Shown in pieces: positions 1-6,098 of a stretch of DNA of 56,697 nt (position 1 is the first letter of the stretch; each line of letters starts with the position of its first letter). The notes under the pieces are model-generated. The model saw only the letters and a program-made list of their open reading frames with translations, had not been told where the DNA came from and made no database searches. The translations under genes were made by a program, and so were the position numbers. Source of the DNA: a virus; the UHGV virus genome UHGV-0866312. One strand, 5' to 3'.

Positions 1-33
1 TACCTATTGTAAGACCTAAAAAATATTTGAGGG

Positions 34-450
34 GTGAGGATAATGGCAAGACCTAAAAGAGATAAGCTGACAGCACAGCAAATGGAGTGCATACAATTAC
101 TGATAATGAAAGATATTAACAAGATGAATAACAAAGATATAGCAGAGCATCTAGGTATCAATGAGACTACATTATATAGATGGTATCAGAATGATATGTT
201 TATAGATGAGTTAAACAAAGCTACTGAACAGATGCAAAGAGCATATCTAAATGAAACCTACTTACAGCTTAGAAAGGTAATGAGGAATGGCAATGATACC
301 AGCAAACTAAAAGCCATTGAATTGTTCTTGAAAAACCAAGGCAAGCTAAAGGAACAGCAAGAGACAAAGGTAGAAGTAAAGGTAACTACAGTAGATGACC
401 TAGCAAAGAAATATAATGTAGATATAGACCTAGACAGTGAAGAGGAATAA
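34..450 (+). CDS. terS: putative terminase small subunit (HTH DNA-binding)
   Basis: 138 aa. The N-terminus MARPKRDKLTAQQ..C.Q is typical of TerS, and there is an HTH (NKDIAEHLGINETTLYRWYQ). A pac-like repeat region follows. It is separated from terL by cargo genes. Confidence 0.5.
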   Translation: MRIMARPKRDKLTAQQMECIQLLIMKDINKMNNKDIAEHLGINETTLYRWYQNDMFIDELNKATEQMQRAYLNETYLQLRKVMRNGNDTSKLKAIELFLKNQGKLKEQQETKVEVKVTTVDDLAKKYNVDIDLDSEEE

Positions 451-468
451 AAAGCCTCTTCTTTTTTT
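439..468 (+). terminator. rho-independent terminator (gaagagg-loop-cctcttc + T7)
   Basis: 7-bp perfect stem followed by TTTTTTT directly after the terS stop. Confidence 0.7.
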
Positions 469-531
469 GTCCATTATAATACCCCTTTTAGGAAACAGTA
501 TAATTATTCATGAATTTAAGCAAATATTCAC

Positions 532-726
532 AGCAAGGGTACAGGGTGGGGGCTAGGGGGTATCTGACCAAAAAAACCATGAATATAAAATATCTATGTC
601 AGAAATAACATCCAATAGCAGTGAGGTATCAGTGAGGGTACAGTGAGGTATCAGTGAGGTATCAGCAAGAGTGCTACATTATCTGTTATTACAGTAAGGG
701 TACTGGGGGTACTACTGGGATTGACC
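532..726. repeat. pac/cos-like non-coding structure: two related G-rich boxes (532-571, 691-726) flanking 4 tandem 11-bp repeats cagtgaggtat (619-662)
   Basis: Direct reading. AAGGGTACAGGGTGGGGGCTAGGGGGTATCTGACC and AAGGGTACTGGGGGTACTACTGGGATTGACC, plus cagtgaggtat/cagtgagggta/cagtgaggtat/cagtgaggtat. The G-runs are atypical for this AT-rich genome. Confidence 0.6.
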
Positions 727-1024
727 TTTTATTAAAAGTTAAAACAGCCCACAAAAAATTACATACTGAAAATATGCTGTGAAACAGTGTAACTCTTTTA
801 TAACTCTATAGCAGTCTATTATAGCTGTTTAAATTCAGAGTAAACAAATTATACCTAGAACACACAAAGTCTACTCACAGAGGCACACAGAGAGTTATAG
901 GGCTATTCTAGCAGTCATTAAATGCTGTGGCTGGTGCTGGGCTGGGGCATTCATATTATCTGCTATAACTTCTTTTATTTTATATTTTCTTTATACAAAA
1001 TATCTGTAGTTATATATCTAATAC

Positions 1025-1065
1025 AGGTAAAAATATTGACCTAAAGATAATAACTATATATAACT
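1025..1065 (+). promoter_or_regulatory. near-consensus sigma-A-type promoter (TTGACC-N17-TATAAC); copy 1 of a 41-bp exact repeat
   Basis: -35 TTGACC at 1036-1041, a 17-nt spacer, -10 TATAAC at 1059-1064, and an A-rich upstream stretch. The identical 41 bp recurs at 30464-30504. Confidence 0.65.
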
Positions 1066-1150
1066 TATATTTCTTTGAAATATCTTTATATAACAGTATA
1101 TATACAGAGAATATAAGAGTAATAATGTTATTAAAATTTTTGCTAGTCTT

Positions 1151-1200
1151 TTGTCACAATAATACCCCAGTAGGTATATATTATACTATAAAGATTAAGG
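1151..1200 (+). promoter_or_regulatory. TTGTCACA element + dyad ATACCCCagtaGGTAT + TATAAAGATTAAGG box (class 1 recurring intergenic cassette)
   Basis: Motif shared with 14 other intergenic sites (see findings). Confidence 0.55.
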
Positions 1201-1239
1201 CAGTTAAGATGACTGCTAGTAGTAAGGGGTGTTTGTTTA

Positions 1240-2133
1240 ATGGCAAAAATAATAAGAGGATTTAATTTCAGTGATATTGAGGCTTTTGTTGAGGGGTGCT
1301 ATTTCCTTTGTACTAGTGACTATGGCAACTTTGTTGAGGGCAATATATATGAGGGTGTTTTAGATTTAAACCCTAACACTATTTATCCTTTCTATGTTTT
1401 TGAGGATGATGATGTAGATGAGGCAATGTGGACTGATGCTAGATACTTTGAATTAATCCACAGACCTATTACAGAGGATGACTTAGTAGATGGAATGGTA
1501 TTTAAGGGTTATGGCTTATCTAATAAAGAGTATGTCTTAAATATTGTAGATGGCACTTATTTAATTACTGGTAAAGAGTATGGCACTACTTACTGTGACT
1601 ATAGCACAGTAGCAAGGACATTAAATGCTATGAATAATGTTACTGTATTACCACATCTAACAGTACCACAATATGGCTTTGTACCACTAGGAGTACCAGA
1701 GGCTACAGATGAGCCAGATGATTTAGAATTACCATTACCTAGTTTGTGGGCTGATGATGTTAATTTAGATTTAGGGGCTATTTTAGTCTTTGGTAAAGAT
1801 GGTGAGACATACAAAAATGCTGATTTAGAATTAACAATAACTGATAATGCTATTGTGCTTAATAAGGCTATAGCTGAAATACCTACAAAGGGCTGGCACT
1901 TAGTTACAAAAGAAAAGGTAACTTTAATTACTATTGAGCATAAGCCAAATGGTAAAGGCTATGTATTCAGATTAGCAGATAAGCTAAATAACAGCCCTAT
2001 AGCAGTAGGTAACATTGTAGTTAAAAATGATGTACAAGGTAGAGGCTATGCCAAAGTGCTAAAAGTAGAAGTAGTAGAAATGACAAAAGAAGAGAAAGCA
2101 GAATATAAAGAAATAATTGACATAGTAGATTAA
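1240..2133 (+). CDS. hypothetical protein (297 aa, acidic)
   Basis: Long ORF with an RBS-like AAGGGG upstream. No recognisable motifs. Confidence 0.55.
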   Translation: MAKIIRGFNFSDIEAFVEGCYFLCTSDYGNFVEGNIYEGVLDLNPNTIYPFYVFEDDDVDEAMWTDARYFELIHRPITEDDLVDGMVFKGYGLSNKEYVLNIVDGTYLITGKEYGTTYCDYSTVARTLNAMNNVTVLPHLTVPQYGFVPLGVPEATDEPDDLELPLPSLWADDVNLDLGAILVFGKDGETYKNADLELTITDNAIVLNKAIAEIPTKGWHLVTKEKVTLITIEHKPNGKGYVFRLADKLNNSPIAVGNIVVKNDVQGRGYAKVLKVEVVEMTKEEKAEYKEIIDIVD

Positions 2134-2173
2134 TAGCTGTGGGGCTGGCTGTAGCCCCTGTACATAAAATGGT

Positions 2174-2431
2174 GTGGCTACCATAAAAGCTGAAAGGGTT
2201 TATAGTATGAGTAAAAAATTAAAATTCTACCTAGTAGAGAGGAATGATAGATGCAGTTATGATGAGTTTGATAGCTGTGTAATAACTGCTGACAATGAAG
2301 AAACTGCAAAGGAATTAGCTTATACACTTAATAATAGGTGGCATAAATCTTTTACACCAGAGACAGTAAAAGTAACTGAAATAAAAGCAGTAGAAAATAA
2401 AATAATTCTAGCTAGTTATAATGCTGGTTAA
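2174..2431 (+). CDS. hypothetical small protein (probable start at 2207, MSKKLKF)
   Basis: ORF. Its leader ataaaagctgaaagggttta is identical to the leader of the gene at 55557. Confidence 0.45.
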   Translation: MATIKAERVYSMSKKLKFYLVERNDRCSYDEFDSCVITADNEETAKELAYTLNNRWHKSFTPETVKVTEIKAVENKIILASYNAG

Positions 2432-2445
2432 TAGGGGGTGGGGTT

Positions 2446-2640
2446 ATGGTTAAAGCTAGATATTTTTATGATGATACTTTTTGTTTTAATTTTGATGATG
2501 TTGAAACATTTCAAGATTACTATGACAATATTTTAGCTACTGATGATAATTTAATGGTGCTAGAGTTTGATGGTAACAAGAAACCTAGTGACCCTGTGCC
2601 AGTCAAATTAACAGTTATTAAGGGTGGTCAAAATGATTAA
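2446..2640 (+). CDS. hypothetical small acidic protein (64 aa)
   Basis: ORF with a GGGGTGGGG RBS. Confidence 0.4.
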   Translation: MVKARYFYDDTFCFNFDDVETFQDYYDNILATDDNLMVLEFDGNKKPSDPVPVKLTVIKGGQND

Positions 2641-3151
2641 TGAAATTTGGAAAGATATTGTAGGCTATGAGGGGCTTTATAAAATAAGCAACTTAGGTAA
2701 TATAAAAAGCCTTAACTATAAGAGGACTGGAAAAGCACAGAATTTGTCATTAAGCAAAAATAGGGCTGGTTACTACCATGTATTTCTATATAAAGATAGA
2801 AAAGGTGTAGACTTTGATATACACTGGCTGGTGGCATATCACTTTATAAGTTTTATTCCACAGGTAGGAATTAAATATCATGTAAACCATAAAGATGAAA
2901 ATAAACTTAATAATAGTTTAAGTAATTTAGAAATAATATTAATGCAAGAAAATTTTAATTATGGTACAGCTAGGCAAAGGTCAGCACTGGCACAGAGTAT
3001 ACCAGTGATTTGTATAGAGACTGGTGTGGTTTACTCATCAGCTAGTGAGGCTAGTAGGCAGACTGGTGCAAGGCAAGAAACTATAAATAGGTGCTGTAAG
3101 GGTAAAGCAAAAACATCTAATGGCTATCATTGGAGGTATGCAAATGAATGA
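2633..3151 (+). CDS. HNH homing endonuclease (NUMOD4-like N-terminus + HNH)
   Basis: N-terminal MINEIWKDIVGYEGLYKISNLGNIKS and the NHKDENKLNN motif. Clear paralog of 41896-42414. The ATG at 2633 overlaps the upstream stop. Confidence 0.8.
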   Translation: MINEIWKDIVGYEGLYKISNLGNIKSLNYKRTGKAQNLSLSKNRAGYYHVFLYKDRKGVDFDIHWLVAYHFISFIPQVGIKYHVNHKDENKLNNSLSNLEIILMQENFNYGTARQRSALAQSIPVICIETGVVYSSASEASRQTGARQETINRCCKGKAKTSNGYHWRYANE

Positions 3152-3503
3152 GGATATTGTAGCTAGAATGACCAATTTAGAGGGTAAAATTTGGCTTTAT
3201 AGTATCATCTATTATAGATTAGGTAGCAGTATTGTTACTGATAAAAAATATGATGATATTAGTAAGGAAATGAAGAGGCTAAAAGAGGAATACCCAGAGG
3301 AATTTAAAGCTAGTAAGCATTATGATGTATTTAAAGATTTTGAGTGGCAAAGTGGCTACTATCTACCTTTATATGATATACACATGACTGCTGTAGCAGA
3401 GTTTGTATTAATGGTTAATAATAAAGGTATGGAGGCTTACAAAGACCATGTAGGTAGAGAGCCTATTAAAATAAAAGGAAAAAGAAGAAGAAAGAGAGGG
3501 TAG
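3144..3503 (+). CDS. hypothetical protein, basic C-terminus (KGKRRRKRG)
   Basis: ORF whose start (ATGAATGA) overlaps the HNH stop, suggesting translational coupling. Confidence 0.45.
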   Translation: MNEDIVARMTNLEGKIWLYSIIYYRLGSSIVTDKKYDDISKEMKRLKEEYPEEFKASKHYDVFKDFEWQSGYYLPLYDIHMTAVAEFVLMVNNKGMEAYKDHVGREPIKIKGKRRRKRG

Positions 3504-3523
3504 TAGAAATACTACTCTTTTTT
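3500..3523 (+). terminator. rho-independent terminator
   Basis: ggtagtagaaatactactc followed by TTTTTT. Confidence 0.65.
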
Positions 3524-3594
3524 AATAGTTTTTTGTCACAGATATACCCCACTGGGCATATACTTATAGTATAAAACAAAAAGGGGTGTAATTT

Positions 3595-4479
3595 ATGATA
3601 GTTACAATAGGGAAAAGCAATAGAAAGAGTGATATAAAAGACTTAACAAAGAAAAGAAAGGCTGTGAATTTACCAAAGTCTACAAAGGAATTTGAAAAGC
3701 TAATAGGGCAAGCAGAATACAGCACAAAGAAATACTTAGATAGAAGTAAATTAACTGATAAAGAGTTAATGGCTGTAGATGCTTATGAGAATATCACCAG
3801 CTTTGGTAGTGATGTAGCTGACTGCTTTGAGGACTTATTAGAAGAGTTAGGCAGAATACCTACACAAGAGGAATATGTAAATAGAGGTGTGGAATTAACT
3901 AGCATGTGGTGGTGTGAGGCTATATTAAAGCATGATAATAGGGTACTGGGTATTAACTTTGAGGGTGCTGTAGTGGATGCCTGTAAAGATAGATTAGGCA
4001 GAGGCTACATTAGTATGGTCAATGAATTACACACAAAGCTATTGTTAAAAGAGATTTACCCAAAGGCTAAAGTAATATCACATGACTTACTAGATTTATT
4101 ACTAGGTGTAGATATTGTTTTAGAGTTAGATAAGAAAAGATATTATATTCACATCTTTAAAGATAGTCATTATGGTGTGCAAGCTTTTTACAATAAAGAG
4201 CAAAGAGGTGGCATTAATAAAGATGGTAAGTTTATCAAGTATCAAAGAGACTTTACAGGTGATGTAAGGCTACAATATTTAAGCAGAGATACTAACAGTG
4301 ATAAATGTAAATTCATAAATGGTATGCCAGTGTTTACAAGGGAATGGCTAGAGGGGTACTTATTTATGGTCACTAGGAGCAGTAAATTTGGTGAGAGATT
4401 AGATGCAGAGGATAGCAAGCTGGATAAGTTAAAGGCTTTTGTATTTGATAACTTTGGTCAAAGAGTAGAATTTAAGTAA
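3595..4479 (+). CDS. hypothetical protein (294 aa); possible PD-(D/E)XK-like nuclease motif GVDIVLELDKK
   Basis: ORF preceded by a class 1 GTCACA cassette. The motif assignment is weak. Confidence 0.45.
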   Translation: MIVTIGKSNRKSDIKDLTKKRKAVNLPKSTKEFEKLIGQAEYSTKKYLDRSKLTDKELMAVDAYENITSFGSDVADCFEDLLEELGRIPTQEEYVNRGVELTSMWWCEAILKHDNRVLGINFEGAVVDACKDRLGRGYISMVNELHTKLLLKEIYPKAKVISHDLLDLLLGVDIVLELDKKRYYIHIFKDSHYGVQAFYNKEQRGGINKDGKFIKYQRDFTGDVRLQYLSRDTNSDKCKFINGMPVFTREWLEGYLFMVTRSSKFGERLDAEDSKLDKLKAFVFDNFGQRVEFK

Positions 4480-4559
4480 TTAATTATATGATGGTGTCTA
4501 CTAAATGGTTATATTAGTGGACACTATCAGCATTATAGAGTATGATAGAGGTAGGATTT

Positions 4560-5438
4560 ATGAGTAAGAAAATATTACATTTATTCCAATGGAAATTAAC
4601 AGATATTATTACAGTATTACCAAAGGTAAAAGAGCAAGGCTTTGATGCTATACAAGTATCACCATTGCAAGGTACTAAAGATGCTGGATATGAGTGGTGG
4701 AAATTATACCAGCCCACAAATTTTAAAATAGGTAATTCACAGGTAGGCAGTAGGGATGACCTTATTAAACTTTGTGGCAAAGCACATAACTTAGGTATAG
4801 AGGTTTATGTAGATGTAGTATTAAGGCATGTAGCTGGTGATGATTACCACCATTTAGTACCACATGATACTGTAGATGCAGACATTAAGCCAGAATATTA
4901 TTACTGCTTTGATGAATGTAATGACTACAATAATAGATATGAATATACACATAAATGTACTGGGATGCCTATGCTAAATTATTTTAGTCATGATGTACAA
5001 GATATGTATATTAATTACTTAGATGACCTTGTTTGCTGTGGTGTGGATGGCTTTAGATTAGACCAGCTAAAACACTATGCCTTACCTGTAGAGGGCTGTG
5101 ATTTCCTACCTAGAGTATTTGGTAGATACACTGATAAATATATCTATGGTGAAATTATATTCAGTGATAAGGTGCTGTTAAATGCATATTCAAAATATAT
5201 GAATGTACTAACAGAGGGTAGCTGTGATAATAAAGATAGGCTGGTTACTTTTGTAGAAAGCCATGACAGCTATTTAGAGTTTGGATATACAAAGAATATG
5301 AGTAATGAAATGTTATTAATGGAATATGACCACCTAGTAAATGAATGTGATTTTAATACATTATTCTATGCTAGACCATTTAATAATTTATGGTTATCAA
5401 GTGAAATTAAAAAGATAAATTTGAAAGGATGTATTTAG
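4560..5438 (+). CDS. GH13 alpha-amylase family catalytic-domain protein
   Basis: Conserved GH13 regions: DVVLRH (region I), GFRLDQLKH (region II), GEII (region III), FVESHD (region IV). The N-terminus has the AIQVSPLQ barrel start. There is no domain C. Confidence 0.7.
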   Translation: MSKKILHLFQWKLTDIITVLPKVKEQGFDAIQVSPLQGTKDAGYEWWKLYQPTNFKIGNSQVGSRDDLIKLCGKAHNLGIEVYVDVVLRHVAGDDYHHLVPHDTVDADIKPEYYYCFDECNDYNNRYEYTHKCTGMPMLNYFSHDVQDMYINYLDDLVCCGVDGFRLDQLKHYALPVEGCDFLPRVFGRYTDKYIYGEIIFSDKVLLNAYSKYMNVLTEGSCDNKDRLVTFVESHDSYLEFGYTKNMSNEMLLMEYDHLVNECDFNTLFYARPFNNLWLSSEIKKINLKGCI

Positions 5439-5439
5439 A

Positions 5440-6030
5440 ATGAATAAGGCTTATATGAGATTATCACAAAAGGACAGCATTAAAAATGGCAATGGCTTTG
5501 ACAGGCAAAAGCATTTATTAAAGGATATAGAAATAGATACATGGTATCAAGATGTTATTAGTGGTGCTAAAAGAAATAGACCACAGCTAGATAAGATGCT
5601 GGAAGAGTTAGAGGCTGGGGATATTGTTTATATACCAGCTATTGACAGGTTATCAAGAAGTACAAAAGACCTTTTAGAAATTGTAGAGATAATTAAAAAT
5701 AAGGGTGCTTACTTAGTTAGCATTAATGATACATGGTTAGATACAAGGGCTAGTAACCCTATGTCAGATTTCCTTTTGACTGTTATGGGGGCTATGGCAC
5801 AGCTAGAGAGGGATATGATAGCTAAAAGAATTAAGCAAGGTGTAGAAAATGCTATAGAGCAAGGCAAGGTTATAGGCAGACCACCAGTAAACAGTGACAG
5901 AGTATTAGAGGCTGTCAAGATGTATAAAGAGACTGGTAAGAGCATGAGGGAAATAGAGGCTATTACAGGGGTCAGTAAATCAGCAATATCAAAAGCATTA
6001 AAGAAAAATAAGACAATTTCAGAGCAGTAA
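5440..6030 (+). CDS. small serine recombinase (resolvase/invertase family) with C-terminal HTH
   Basis: YMRLSQKDS with a catalytic Ser context, DRLSRS, and the C-terminal HTH SMREIEAITGVSKSAISKAL. 196 aa. Confidence 0.7.
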   Translation: MNKAYMRLSQKDSIKNGNGFDRQKHLLKDIEIDTWYQDVISGAKRNRPQLDKMLEELEAGDIVYIPAIDRLSRSTKDLLEIVEIIKNKGAYLVSINDTWLDTRASNPMSDFLLTVMGAMAQLERDMIAKRIKQGVENAIEQGKVIGRPPVNSDRVLEAVKMYKETGKSMREIEAITGVSKSAISKALKKNKTISEQ

Positions 6031-6035
6031 ATAAA

Positions 6036-6066
6036 GGGGGTAGCTTTAATAGCTACTCTTTTTTTG
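6036..6066 (+). terminator. rho-independent terminator followed by class 2 element TTGTGCCTATTAGG
   Basis: gggggtagctttaatagctactc followed by TTTTTTT. Confidence 0.65.
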
Positions 6067-6098
6067 TGCCTATTAGGTGTAAGCTAGGAGGTGCAAAA

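Noticed and set aside
925-948. Chi-like GCTGGTG motif cluster (gctgtggctggtgctgggctgggg)
   Set aside because: It resembles E. coli Chi (GCTGGTGG) with one mismatch. Chi sequences are host-specific and the likely host is a Firmicute. I treat it as part of the G-rich pac-like region.
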